This document shows, in pieces, positions 52,271 through 64,000 of a stretch of DNA of 64,000 bases. The notes beneath the pieces are model-generated. The model was not told the origin of the DNA. It saw only the letters and a program-made list of their open reading frames with translations, and searched no databases. Positions within the stretch are counted from its first letter, which is position 1, and each line of letters opens with the position of its first letter. The stretch lies in the NCBI RefSeq assembly GCF_006345805.1, contig NC_043020.1, positions 26,784,001 to 26,848,000 of the forward strand, given 5' to 3'. The stretch comes from Octopus sinensis (lineage: Eukaryota). Made by a program: the position numbers and the translations under genes.

Positions 52271-55200
52271 GAAGTAAAGGCGTGTGGCTTAGTGCATTCG
52301 GCTCACGATTGTAAGGTTGTGAGTTCGATTCCCGGCGACGTGTTGTGTCCTTGAGCAAGACACTTTATTTCATGTTGTTCCAGTCCACTCAGCTGGCAAA
52401 AATGAGTTGTACCTTTCATACTTTCAGGGTCGATTAAATAAGTACCAGTTACGCACTGGGGTCGATGTAATCGACTTAATCCGTGTGTCTCTCCTTGTTT
52501 GTCTCCTCTATGTTTAGCCCCTTATGGGTAGTAAAAAAATAGAAATAGGCATTTCGTCTGAGTTCAAATTCAGTCGAGGTCGACTTTGTCTTTCATCCTT
52601 TCGGGGTCGATTAAATAAGTACCAGTTACGCAGTGGGATCGATGTTATCGGCTTAATCCGTGTGTCTGTCCTTGTTTGTCCCCTCTGTGTTTAGCCCCTT
52701 GTGGGTAGTAAAGAAATAGGCATTTCGTCTGAGTTCAAATTCAACCGAATTCGACTTTGCCTTTCACCCTTTCGGGGTCGATTAATTAAGTACCAGTTAT
52801 GCACTAGGGTCGATGTAATCGACTTAATCCGTGTGTCTACTCTTGTTTGTCCCCTCTGTGTTTAGCCCCTTGTGGGTAATATAGAAATAGGTATTTCGTC
52901 TGTCTTTATGTTCTGAGCTCAAAATCCGAAGAGGTCAACTTTACTTTTCATCCTTTCGGGGTCGATAAATTAAGTACCAGTTATGCACTGGGGTCGATGT
53001 AAATCGACTTAACCCCTTTGTCTGACCTTGTTTGTCCCCTTCTTTGTTTAGCCCCTTGTGGGTAGTAAAGAAATAGAAATAGGTATCAAAACAATACAAA
53101 CAAAACCAAACACTTACAGCTTTCTCCTTGCAGAATTCCAAGACATTCTTTTCTTCCAATTTCTCTTGCTGCAGCTTCAGTATCTTCATCTTCGACATTT
53201 TCTGACAGGCTTCCAATAGTTCCTCCTGGTAAAATATGGGGATCACAATATAAGGGGTTAACCCAGAGTGGAAGGATCGATTTGTAATGGATAGCATTTT
53301 TGGTTTTAAGATTAAAGTTTAGCAATGAGTTTGTGCTCTAAAAACAGGTTTAACCATCTCTGTACTATCGTTACTCAAATACAGAATAACCTTTGCTAGC
53401 TTCTACTATCGTACTGAAAAGATTACCGTAAATCTTCGAGTATAGTCCGCCCTTGAGTATAATAGGCAGGGGATTTTTAGGGACTGTACCTCTGAAAAAC
53501 CTAAACCTTGTATATAATACACACCCCTTCTCTAACTTGAGTTAAGGAGGTCTATATAACGTCCTTGGTTTGTAAAAATGTATACGGTAACGTCCTTTAT
53601 TATTATTGTATATATAACATAATGCAAACGTGTAGCTTTTTTGTGCATTTTGTTTGCAGAAAATAAAGAAATAACAGTAATAACGTTTAATAAATGTTGC
53701 TTACTGCAAGTTATGGATGATTCTTTTATGACTTCATTGCTTTCAGGCTTAGCTTAAGGTAGTTTCGCGCTCGATATCACAAAATGCGTCTGAATAAACA
53801 TTGCCGGACAGCAAATAGAGACTCGGACATTGCTTAGAAAATATTTTTCATTTTTAACCTCGTATCTTTATATATAAAATTGAAGTTGTGTGTGTGAGAC
53901 TGTCTCCTCCGATTTAGATTCTTACTACTCCCACATTTTGCGGTGCAGTTTAACCAAAAGCGGGTATCTTATAGTCGTCATTCATATCGAGCCCTTCTGG
54001 GTATTAGCGCACGTCTACGATGAGTCTACGATTTAAAAAAAATTACTATCATTTTTCCGCATTTTTAATGATTTTTGCTCGCGTTATATAAGGGAAGTAA
54101 CTCTCTAAAATGCTTATATAGTTATTTCCCTTACAAACCCGAGCAACGCCGGGCGATACTATTTTTTTGCGGGAGAGAATGCGGATTATACTCGAGGATT
54201 TACAGAATATAAGATGTATATCATGAAGTCTTCTAAACTAATAAACATCAAAGACCACTCGGTTGCATTGATGTTTTTGGGAATGGCATACAATATGAAA
54301 CTGAATGACTATGAAAGCTAATATAGGCAGAGCGCCATGACACAGCGGCACGAAATGCCTCTCAATTGCAGCCGACTGCAGTACAAGATCACTCAGTATT
54401 TCCTTTAATTATTCCAACCATGAAATGGAACTCTTGTTGTTTTAAGCAAAAACGTTTTAAAGGCTGCAAGCTGACAAAATCTTTAGCACGCGCGACCAAA
54501 ATGCTTACGGAATTTCGTCCGTCTTTACGTTCTGAGTTCAAATTCCATTGAGGTCGACTTCGCTTTTCCTACTTTCGGGGTCAATAAAACAAATACCAGT
54601 TGATCACTGGTGTCGATGTGAGTGACTTTCCCCCCTCCCTTAAAATTGCTGGCCTTGTACCAAAATTTGAAACCAACATGAAATACTTCTATGTTCCGTA
54701 TTTTACCAAAATTTACAAATTGCAAATATAATCATTTTACTTTTTACAGACACACAAATACTTACAAATATACAAACACACACACACACAAAGAATGACA
54801 AACGTACATGCACAATTTTCAAAAATCAATGGAAATTGTAGTTGTGATCCCTGTGCCGGTGGCACGTAAAAAGCACCATCCGAACGTGGCCAATGCCAGC
54901 GCTGCCTTGACTGGCTTCTGTGCCAGTGGCACGTAAAAAACATCAATCCGATTGTGGCCGTTGCCAGCCTCGCCTGGCACATGTGCCGGTGGCACGTAAA
55001 AAGCACCCACGACACTCACGGAGTGGCTGGCGTTAGGAAGGGCATCCAGCTGTAGAAACACTGCCAGATCAGACTGGAGCCTGGTGCAGCCTTCTGGCTT
55101 CCCAGACCCGGTCGAACCGTCCAACCCATGCTAGCATGGAAAGCGGACGCTAAACGATGATGATGATGATGACACATACATCTATACACACACGCACACA

Positions 55201-57085
55201 CAGACAGGCAACTCCGACACAACAGTCATAGACATCCCACGGACCCACCTTTTTTTAATCTCTCTTTGTTCCCTCTAGTTTCCTAACATACTCTGGTCCC
55301 TATTTCAAGTCCCTTAACAAATTCCCTTCAACCGCCCGGAAACCCCGTTTCTTACCCTCAACGCAATCTGCTTCTCTTTCTTCTTCAATGCGATCTCTTC
55401 ATCCTCTTTAAACATCTGCTCAATCTCTTTCTTCAGTTTCTCCGTTTCCCGTTCCTTCGCTTCGATTTGCCTCAACTTCCGCTCCTCCATTTCCGTTATC
55501 TGTTCGCGCAGTTTCACGGCGCCCAAACGCAGCTCCTGCTTGCGCCGATTCTCGATTTCCTCCTGGACCCTGATGGCGTTCTTTCGATCGATCTCCATCA
55601 TTTCGTCCAATCGCATTTCCTCAGAGGCGACGTCATGCTTCATCTGTTTCTTCTCTTCCAGCTGAGCGTCTCTGATCGCGTGGCACTTCGCTTCCTGAAT
55701 CACCTGCAATGTAAGATTTCATACATATAAATATAAATATATATATATGTGTATGTATGTATGTATGTATGTATATAGGATAAATGTAAAAAAAACATCA
55801 ACTGGGACAAGAACGCAAAGCATTTAGAAGACGATACAAAAAAACGGACGGGACATTCGAAGCCTTCGATTTTCAGTCAAGAACCGGATCATCTTCGCAA
55901 TTTCGGCTGATTAATTTTGAGATTGCTCCGACCTGGCCAGCCCCAAAGGAAAATCTAAGCCAAGCGCCTTAGATTCCTTGGAAGAAAGCCTCGAATGTAT
56001 ACAAAACAAGGACGGGAACGAATAAGAATACAAAAATACGTAAAAATAATAATGATAACACGAATAAGAATACGAAAATACGTAAAAACAATAATGATAA
56101 TAATAATAAGAAAAACAGGACGTTACAGACAGGTGTCTTTTCGACAGGACAGGTGTCTTTTCGACAGGACAGGTGTTTTTCGACAGGACAGGTGTCTTTT
56201 CGACAGGACGGGTGAACTTGAGCAGGTGCATTGAAAAATTGCCTAAAGGCGAAGAGAGAAATAGAATGTGTGTCTGGCCTAGACGGCTGTTGATTACGAA
56301 AAGGCAGGACAGCAGTCCAAAAGTTAGTCACGTGTGATAAGAGCGGAACAGAGGAAGAGAGAAAAAAAGGGAACAAGGAACAAAGGAGGAGGAGGGGAGA
56401 GAGAGAGAGAGAAAGAGACGGGTCAAAGTGGAGTGCAAAGTGTGAAAGGCAGAGAAATGTAGGATATACTCTTTCTTTTACTCTCTTTTACTTGTTTCAG
56501 TCATTTGACTGCGGCCATGCTGGAGCACCGCCTTTAGTCGAGAAAATCGACCCCGGGACTTATTCTTTCTAAGCCCAGTACTTATTCTATCGGTCTCTTT
56601 TTGCCGAACCGCTAGGTGACGGGGACGTAAACACACCAGCATAGGGGTACAAACACAGACACACAAACATATACACATACACACACATATATATATACGA
56701 CAGGCTTCTTTCAGTTTCCGTCTACCAAATCCACTCACAGGGCATTGGTCGGCCTGGGGCTATAGCAGAAGACACTTGCCCAAGATGCCACGCAGTGGGA
56801 CTGAACTCGGAACCATGTGGTTGGTAAACTTTTTTATACTTGTTGGTTAGTTATTTAAATAAAAAAATTAAAGTTTAAAAATTAAAAAATTAAAAATATA
56901 AATTTAAAAATTAAAAAATGTTAATAGTTTAAATTCTAAAATTTTATATGTATGTAATATAATTTTTCTAAATCTTCAGATTTTTCAATATGCTAGGCCA
57001 CTGGTTTTAAATTGATATTAATCAAATAAATATTCAATTTTTCACCCTTATTATATAAATATTCGTGGATGTATATATATTCTAG

Positions 57086-57151
<66 letters not shown>

Positions 57152-58184
57152 CATCACCCATCAAATTCCTAGTAGTAATTCTCACATCTTTGCTAAGTAA
57201 GTGTTGTCGCTAAAGTTATTAACATTTTGTAGGGTGCAGTGAACCGGCCAGTGTCGGTCTGTCTGGTAAAGGATTATGGGATAGCTGTTATCTATTAACA
57301 TCCTGCAGAACGACATGATGTTGGCCGTTTGATTCCCTGCTTTGTCACATCTGTTATTGATAGAGAAGATTTTATTTCATACTAGGTGGTCTTGGCACAG
57401 ATTGGTTAAGGTTAAATAACAACAACGAGATCTTTTCGGTTTGAACGGCAGTTTTTTCTAGCGGTGTCATATGAAATTGTCACCCATAATTATGACCCTA
57501 GTATCGATCTATTGCATTTCAATCTGTTTTAGGGTTAGGGTGGGGGGAAGGATATCTTTTTTTCTTCACAAATGTAAATAAACCCAATCTGTTTCTTAAA
57601 CGAGGGACATATTCATACGGCACAGAATGCTTTTTTTACCTCAATGGACGTCATTGATTGGTTGAAATTGCAGAAATTGAAGAAAAAAACAACAAATATC
57701 TTACAAACTATAGAATTTTCTCAATAAAGCCAAGAGAAAAAGATGTTTTATAAACACATTCTTCCAGTATACGAAGTTTAAAAGTGTTTAGTTACGTGGA
57801 AATTATTTTAAAAAACTGCCGGTCAAACCGAAAAGATCCCAACAACGACAGCAATAACACCAACAACAACAACTACAACAACTCACACTGACCTCGTTTA
57901 GATATTTTATTCGGTCCTCGTCTTCTTCCCGTTTCTTTTTCGCTTTTGCTAGAAGGTTCTCGGCGTTCAGCTTGGCTTCCACATCCAAATGGCACAGTTC
58001 TTCATCGGTCTGACGTTGTTTGTCAAGTTTTTTCAACCTTGCTTCACGTTCAAATCGTTTTTGCTGTTTTCGTTCAGCAACAACAAAAAAAAGAATGACA
58101 AAGAAAGAAAGTACAGGACATTAAAAAACATCATACACACATGTACGTACGTATGTATGTATGTATGTATATATATATATATAT

Positions 58185-58218
<34 letters not shown>

Positions 58219-58984
58219 ATATATATATACGAAACGGGACAAGAACGCAAAACATTCAGGAGATGATACAAAAAACATGGACGGGTCATTCGAAGCCTTC
58301 AATCTTCAGTCAAGAACCGGATCATCCTCGCAATTTCGGCTGATTAACCTTGAGATTGCTCCAATCCGGCCAGCCCCAAGGAAAAACTAAGCTAAGAGCA
58401 CCAGATTCTTTTGAAAAAAAGCTTCGAATGTATATGTAACAAGGACGGAAAAATGGACGATGTTACACGAATATAAATATAAAAATAATACGAAAAACAC
58501 ACACACACACACACACACCACACACACACATATATATATATGAATATATTAATTCTTTCGCAGGAAGGGCTAGTTCAACGAATCGTGTTCTGTCCCACCT
58601 TCGAAACACGCTGGAGTTAAACTAGGGACAGCTGATGAAGGGGAATTTTCCTTGTGTAGTTTGTCTTGTACTCTGTTTTTTCGTTGTTAAAAAAGGTCCG
58701 TTTCCTTGTTTGTTTTTACGTTTTCGTTTCTCGTTGAGTTCAACGTCTATTTGTGGTGTCCTGTACTCACGTATATATATTTATATATGCATGTATATAT
58801 ACATGTAGATGTAGGTACGTACATATATGTATGTATGTATGCATATATTTTATTTATTACACTATTGTATGACTGAGCGCCCTCGCGTCGATTCGATTCG
58901 ATTCGTTTCGTTTCGTTTCATCTCCTCTAAGTAAGTTTCTGTTGTTGTAGTGTTGGAAGTCGATGTGCCTACCCTCCTCCTCAT

Positions 58985-59024
<40 letters not shown>

Positions 59025-60687
59025 ATGAGGAGGAGGAGGGTAGGCACATCGACTTCCAACACTACAACAACAGAAAGCGATTCCGAACTGGGGGACGTCA
59101 AAGAGAACTCCACAAAACCATTGAAGGTCACTAATATATGTCCGTCACTAACACCCACACAAACGCTGGCGCTCTACCGACTCTATTCCTTGCAACACCT
59201 TATGACGGCGCTAAAAGCAGATAAAAAGAATTACCAGTGCAGCTTCTTTTCTCTCTCTGTACTCCTCTCGCATCATGGACCTTTCTTCTTCACTTAGAAC
59301 TCTGGCCCTCTGTTTTATCCTCGTGAAATCATGTCGGTCTAAGACGACAGGGCAACCCATCGAGTTCTTTTGCGGCACCCTGAAAGACAAGTTACATATA
59401 TACACACATTTTATCATATCTTTTATCTTCTACTTGTTTCAGATATTACCTTAGGGCAGTGGTTCCCAAACTATGAGTCGCGACCCACAGATGGGTCGCG
59501 AACGGAATCTTAGTGGGTCGCAAAAAGTTATAAAATTACGCATTAGCTTTGATTAACTGCTATCTATCGAGATAGTTCAAGACTTATGTTTTCAATACCA
59601 GACTTGTTTTGTCAAGCAGTGGGCTTTTTCACGAACTTAACAAATCAGAGGTTGTCATTTTCTCAAGTTATTTATTTGTACGTCATCGTAAAAAGGAAAG
59701 GTCTGTTTTTACCTATTCATAGAGAACTTTAACTAGGCGAAGTATAACACTGATCGAGTCGATAACAGTTACTACTTCAAGGTTTTGTACTAGTGTTAGT
59801 ATTTACATATAGGGTATAGATACGTTGAAACAGTTATAAAACGTTTTGTTTCACATTTAATATAAATAGCAAAAAATTTAAATAAATAAAACATTATGGA
59901 TTTCACTAGTAAGTTTATAAATTATTTAAAAAGTATAGGAGTTAAGTGGGTCGTCATAAACTGGTGTGATAAATAGTGGGTCGCGACTCTAAAAAGTTTG
60001 GGAACCACTGCCTTAGGGATTTTTTAGCCGAACAACAACCATGTCCACCATTACTACCACCGCCTCTACTGCTTTTACTACTACCAATTCAATCACCACT
60101 GTTACCATATATTTACCACACTACTAGCACCATCACAACAACCACAACCATGAACAACACTAACACCCTAACTATATTACCACCAAATCGCTTAGTACTT
60201 CTATCACAACCACCACAACAACAACAACTACCACAGCAACCACCACCAACAGCAACACCGAGCTATCATACCATCTCCACCATCACCACCACCACAATCT
60301 CCACCATCACCACCACCACCACAATCTCCACCATCACCACCACCACCACCACCACCACCACCACCACCACCATCTCCACCACCACCACCACCACCATCAC
60401 AATCTCCACCACCACCACCACCACCACTACGTCACATTATCGACCGTTATAAATATTCCTTTTGACCCGCTCTAATTAATACCTTCGTTAATTAATTACA
60501 GGAGAGGAGGCAACGAAACGGAAATAGACAACTTCGACCGTCTGCCATCTGCCTGTCTGCCTGCCTGCCTGTCTGCCTGCCTGCCTGCTGCCTGCCTGCC
60601 TGCCTGTCTGTCTGTCAGCCTGCCAGTTTGCCTTTCTATCTGTTTGTTAGTCTGTTCCGTTTGTCTGTATGTCCATTGAATATTTAG

Positions 60688-60722
<35 letters not shown>

Positions 60723-62727
60723 TGCCTATGTATGTATGTGTGTGTATAAGTCTGTGCTTGTGCATGTATGTGCTTGTCTGGTTAACCCTATCCTTGTCTC
60801 CTTAAATACATCTGTCCTTGGCCCCTTGGCCCCTTGCCTCTCTGGCCTTTCTACCTGGCTGTAGCTGTCTCCCTCTGTCTTTCTATCTGCCAGTCAATAT
60901 CTGCCTTGTTCATTTTTCTCATTTTCTCTTCTTGTCTCTCCTTGTCCCCTTGGTTGCCGATGTTTATACGTCCATCTCTGTTCTCCCCACCTGTATTTAT
61001 TTACCTGTCTCCTTGAATCTGCCTTTGTCCCTTCTCAATCTTTCCTATCTGTCCCTGTCCTCTTGGTTGCCGATGTTTGTACGTCCATCTCTACTCTCCC
61101 CATTTGTCTATTTCTTTACTTGCCGCCTTGTATCAGTGCTCAAATGGAATTTATTTTATCGACCTCGAAAGGATGAAAGGCTAAGTCAACCCCGGCAAGA
61201 TTTGAACTCAAAACGTAAAGACAGACCAAATGCCACTAAGCATTTTGTCCAGAGTGCTAACGATTCTGCCATCTCGCTGCTTCACTAATAATAATTAGTT
61301 AAAATGACCGTCTGCATAGACGAAAAGGGCCAATTATAATAATAATTGAAGGGACATTAAGAGCATTAACAAACAGGTTTAAGAAATTGAGATTGACCTG
61401 AGAGTAGAAGAATATGCTCAGAAAACTGCTTTATTGGGGACAGAGAGGATCTTGTGGTTGGTACCTGGGTTTTAGGTATCGTGGAAAGGGACTCTGTGAG
61501 ATCTTTGACAACAGGTTGCTGTCTGCTCTCACAGATTTAACCAGAACAAGTAAAATCGGGAGCTGAGAAGTGAAATGGAAATAATAGAGACAGCTGTAGT
61601 AAAAAAAAAAGTTTCAAATTTTGGCACAGGACCAGTTTTTGAGTCAATTACATGGACTTGACTGATCCTTATTTCATCGACCGATTCCAAAAAGGATGAA
61701 AAGGGCAGAGTCGACTTCGGTGGATTTTGAACTCAGAACGTAAAGATAGACAAAATGCTGCAAAGCATAACAAGGCCAACAACAACAACAGCAACAATGC
61801 AGCATGAACGGTTGCGAAAGGTTTATGGTGAAAGAGGAGAAAAGCTCAATCGCATCGAGGAACGACAGTTGACTCGCCAAGAACAAATCACGTTTAGCAG
61901 ATTGCAAAGCGGCCACCATCCGGATTTGAGAAGCTGGCAGCACAAGATTGGAAGAATTGAGGACCCTATTTGCCGCAATTGCAAAATGGGTGAAGAAACA
62001 GGAGAAGACGTGATGTTGGAGTGCCCAGCTATCCATCCGTCGATCCGCGGTCAGCTGACGGACCCCGAGGCGATTGCGAAGGAGCCCAGACTGGCACTCA
62101 AGGTGTGGGAGAGATGGCTGAGGGTGGTGGAGGAGCAGGTGGTGATTGAGGAGCAGCAGTAACCAACTATCCAGCCAAGAGTTACTAAACAACAACATCA
62201 ACAACAACAAAATGGCACTTAACGAAAACAATGTCACAGTCAACAAACAAGAGTAGGGTACATAACTCACTTTAGATTTCTTATCAAATCCATCATTATC
62301 ACTTGTACATTCTCTTTGCCTTTCTGCTCGGCTTTTGTAGGCGGGTAGACATCTTTGATTTGGCTGAATCTCTGAGTCTGACGTCCTCCAGGCGCCGTCT
62401 TTGGGATATTCCAACCGTGGCATTTCTCACCAAACAGCGACTCGTCAACTTGAGAGTGATAGCTAATTGTACGATATTGACGATAGCGTCCTCTTTTTGA
62501 CGAACCAGAGCCGCTGCTGGATCGCGTTCGGGCGCTGATTGGCTGCGAATGGAGAGTGAAATGAGACTGTAAGATTGTGTGGTGTTCATGCCTCTTTTTG
62601 TCTTTCTCATTCAAGTAGTGATATTACTAGAATAACAACCAAATTTGCTAGAAACAGCAGTCATATTTCCCTCCTTCTCTCTCCCTCTCTCTATCTATCT
62701 ATCTATATATCTATCTCTCTCTTCCAC

Positions 62728-62758
<31 letters not shown>

Positions 62759-62884
62759 ATTGTAGTAGTGATATTACTAGAGTAACAACCAAATTTGCCA
62801 GAAACAGCAGTCATATTTCCCTCCTTCTCTTCTCTCTCTCTCTATCTATCTCTATCTCTCTCTTCCACCTCTTTCTCTCTCTCC

Positions 62885-62916
<32 letters not shown>

Positions 62917-63372
62917 CTCTATCTTTCTCTTCCACCTCTTTCTCTCTCTCTCTCTATATATATTATATATATATATATATATTATATATCTTTCTCTCTC
63001 TCTCTCTCTCCTCTCCTTTCCCTTCTCTTTTCTTTCAAGAAGGACACATTGGTTGATGTAATCAGATATTTCCCGAAAAGGCGAGATGGCCATGGCTGGC
63101 AGGTCATTCATTATACTGTGTAACACGATTTTTCCTTTGATAGCAACTGTCATTTCCTTTTTTTTTACTCCTAAAACGTATGAAAAATGGCTACTATTTC
63201 CTTTAAACTTTGCTTTTGTTATATTTATTCAAACCCCCAAAGAATCCTTGGCTGTGATGCTCCCCTGCGGGTGTTTATATTGTCAGCCACTAAGGGTCAT
63301 GCTCAAGTGGTTTAGGTCAAGCAACTGACAAGCAAATCTGTGGTATTGAGCATTAGTGGTAGCACTAATGGC

Positions 63373-63404
<32 letters not shown>

Positions 63405-63785
63405 TCCATCAGCTTTCTGATCAATTGCTTCCTGATTGGCTGTTGGGACGAAAGCCAAGGTAATGGTTCTGGAGCTGCAACTTGTGACACCCTGAGACCA
63501 TCAGATTATCCCAGCACCGTAACCCGTGATAGTTGTTGCTGTCTAAATTGTTAATTTCCGTTTGGATTTTCTAACTTTTTGGCAGAAATTACTTAAATGA
63601 TGCTTACTACCAAATGAGCTGCAGTTTGGTTTTCTGTTTTTCATCCCAGATCAGTCTTTCTGTCTCCAGAACAATTCTAAAATCGCTTGGTAGTCTTCGG
63701 AAGTTATCAGAACATGTCGGTCTTTACTGACTCCTATCTGGTCACATTTCGATTTAAAACAAAAAAACACATCACCGCTTACCAT
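48415..63785 (-). CDS. CFAP45: Cilia- and flagella-associated protein 45 (CCDC19), complete 9-exon model, 549 aa
   Basis: complement join(63783-63785,62271-62542,59235-59379,57893-58063,55356-55703,53118-53225,51322-51629,50985-51209,48415-48484) = 1650 nt. All introns are GT-AG with matching phases. Motifs recalled from CFAP45: QVDESLFG, AKCHAIRDAQ, RLDEMME, EREWRRKE, terminal GIPDKY. Confidence 0.92.
50705..50905. repeat. (GAT)n-type trinucleotide tract. Also (CAC)n at 60240-60430 and (GATA)n at 33290-33381
   Basis: Seen directly. Confidence 0.95.
50985..51209 (-). CDS. CFAP45: CFAP45 exon 8
   Basis: ggtttag|C GCC CAG...ATG AG|gtttgt; AQKDSL...ELRSQIQENE...KEKKIQEM. Confidence 0.88.
51322..51629 (-). 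CDS. CFAP45: CFAP45 exon 7
   Basis: attgttag|GAA CGA...GTC AG|gtgagg; EREAQQE...EAEREWRRKE...EFEKIV. Confidence 0.93.
51881..51915 (-). ncRNA. Minimal hammerhead-like motif (U4C)
   Basis: gttt CCGACGA a GAGC tcc GCTC GAAAC GT T aaac; same family as 35897. Confidence 0.55.
52075..52110 (-). ncRNA. Minimal hammerhead-like motif (A6U)
   Basis: cttt CTGTTGA a GAGC gtag GCTC GAAAC GT A aaag. Confidence 0.55.
52270..53075 (+). repeat. SINE head followed by ~4 tandem ~178-bp SINE body units
   Basis: ctttcggggtcga...tttagcccct recurs at about 178-bp spacing. Confidence 0.85.
53118..53225 (-). CDS. CFAP45: CFAP45 exon 6
   Basis: ttttaccag|GAG GAA...AAA GCT|gtaagt; 36 codons EELLEAC...VLEFCKEKA. 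Confidence 0.88.
53426..54205. mobile_element. pogo/Tc1-type MITE containing a nested Helitron
   Basis: TIR CCGTAAATCTTCGAGTATAGTCCGC; TA at the left flank. Confidence 0.7.
53865..54161 (+). mobile_element. Non-autonomous Helitron, family A (3' end damaged)
   Basis: TC start and hairpin present; CTAG missing. Confidence 0.8.
55356..55703 (-). CDS. CFAP45: CFAP45 exon 5
   Basis: ttgcag|GTG ATT...TTG AGG|gtaag; VIQEAKCHAIRDAQLEEK...KQIALR. Confidence 0.93.
56131..56210. repeat. 20-bp minisatellite x4
   Basis: aggtgtcttttcgacaggac. Confidence 0.9.
57428..57839 (+). mobile_element. Same MITE, copy 6
   Basis: Perfect 8-bp TSD caacaacg. Confidence 0.9.
57893..58063 (-). CDS. CFAP45: CFAP45 exon 4
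   Basis: aaacag|CAA AAA CGA...AAC GAG|gtcagt; QKRFEREARLKKLD...EAKLNAENLL...IKYLNE. Confidence 0.85.
58570..58643 (+). ncRNA. Rearranged hammerhead-like RNA, copy 2
   Basis: CGTGT-T-ctgtccc-a-ccttc-GAAACACG...gggacag-CTGATGA-agggg; covaries with copy 1. Confidence 0.55.
58936..59076. repeat. Near-perfect 141-bp palindrome centred on (TA)n
   Basis: Arms differ by one TCC unit; the same ORF is read on both strands. Confidence 0.95.
59235..59379 (-). CDS. CFAP45: CFAP45 exon 3
   Basis: tctttcag|G GTG CCG...GCA CTG|gtaatt; VPQKNSMGCPVVLDRHDFTRIK...RKEAAL. Confidence 0.9.
59457..60010. mobile_element. hAT-type MITE
   Basis: TIR CAGTGGTTCCCAAAC; perfect 8-bp TSD ccttaggg. Confidence 0.9.
61790..62215 (+). 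mobile_element. I-group-like LINE 3' end with zinc knuckle and (CAA)n tail
   Basis: FSRLQSGH...IGRIEDPICRNC..GEET..VMLECP. Confidence 0.7.
62271..62542 (-). CDS. CFAP45: CFAP45 exon 2
   Basis: ttcgcag|CCA...CTA AA|gtgagt; PISARTRSSS...RYRQYRTISYHSQVDESLFG...QVIMMDLIRNL. Confidence 0.88.
63783..63785 (-). CDS. CFAP45: CFAP45 exon 1 (ATG only)
   Basis: Minus strand reads gctggaaaaATG|gtaagc. Phase 0 joins exon 2 (M|PISAR). No other in-frame start with a good donor was seen. Confidence 0.7.
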
Positions 63786-63844
63786 TTTTCCAGCTTGTGC
63801 TACAGAAGTGTCCACAAGCAAAGAGTTGGAGTCATCTCTGATGC

Positions 63845-63857
63845 GTTTCACGGTGAC
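63845..63857. promoter_or_regulatory. X-box-like (RFX) site upstream of CFAP45
   Basis: GTTTCACGGTGAC, 60 nt upstream of the ATG. Imperfect match to the RFX palindrome; ciliary genes typically carry such sites. Confidence 0.45.
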
Positions 63858-64000
63858 CCTTGCATTTCTTTGTGCCATAAATTCGGAGACAAACATCTAG
63901 GGATGTGCGTCACGCTCTAACTTATGCCTCCTTGCTTCATCCTCAATTTTAAATACGAGGAATAGTTCCATATAATTTACCCTGCGAGATAGAGAAACTC

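Noticed and set aside
21460-56210. CRISPR-like arrays (spaced repeats at 21460, tandem repeats at 46905 and 56131)
   Set aside because: Eukaryotic context, no constant-length unique spacers, and no cas genes.
56830-57080. Extremely AT-rich block as a mitochondrial insertion
   Set aside because: No tRNA, rRNA or ORF could be recognised; a blastn against the mitogenome would be needed.
12-63920. Dozens of ORFs rich in YI/HT/CV/MY dipeptides or poly-T, poly-M, poly-S
   Set aside because: They are translations of (TA)n, (CA)n and trinucleotide microsatellites.

Overview
AT-rich, microsatellite- and transposon-dense animal genomic DNA. The repeat families resemble those of octopus (inference). 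There is one 100-N assembly gap at 33382-33481. The main gene is a complete 9-exon CFAP45/CCDC19 (ciliary microtubule inner protein) on the minus strand, 63785->48415, 549 aa. It has an ATG-only first exon and an X-box-like site upstream. A second, highly diverged CFAP45 paralog lies in tandem downstream: exons equivalent to 3, 4 and part of 5 are visible at 36561-33482, and the rest is lost at the gap. The remainder is tRNA-derived SINEs, LINE remnants, Helitrons, and Tc1/mariner, hAT, piggyBac and 8-bp-TSD MITEs. The most unusual signal is a set of short, mostly (TA)n-anchored elements carrying hammerhead-ribozyme (HHR) motifs. These include minimal type I forms, a retrozyme-like 353-bp unit, a fold-back element with an HHR motif on both strands, and two copies of an apparently non-circularly rearranged hammerhead with compensatory base changes. 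All RNA structures were folded by eye and are untested. Repeat boundaries are approximate unless a TSD is quoted.
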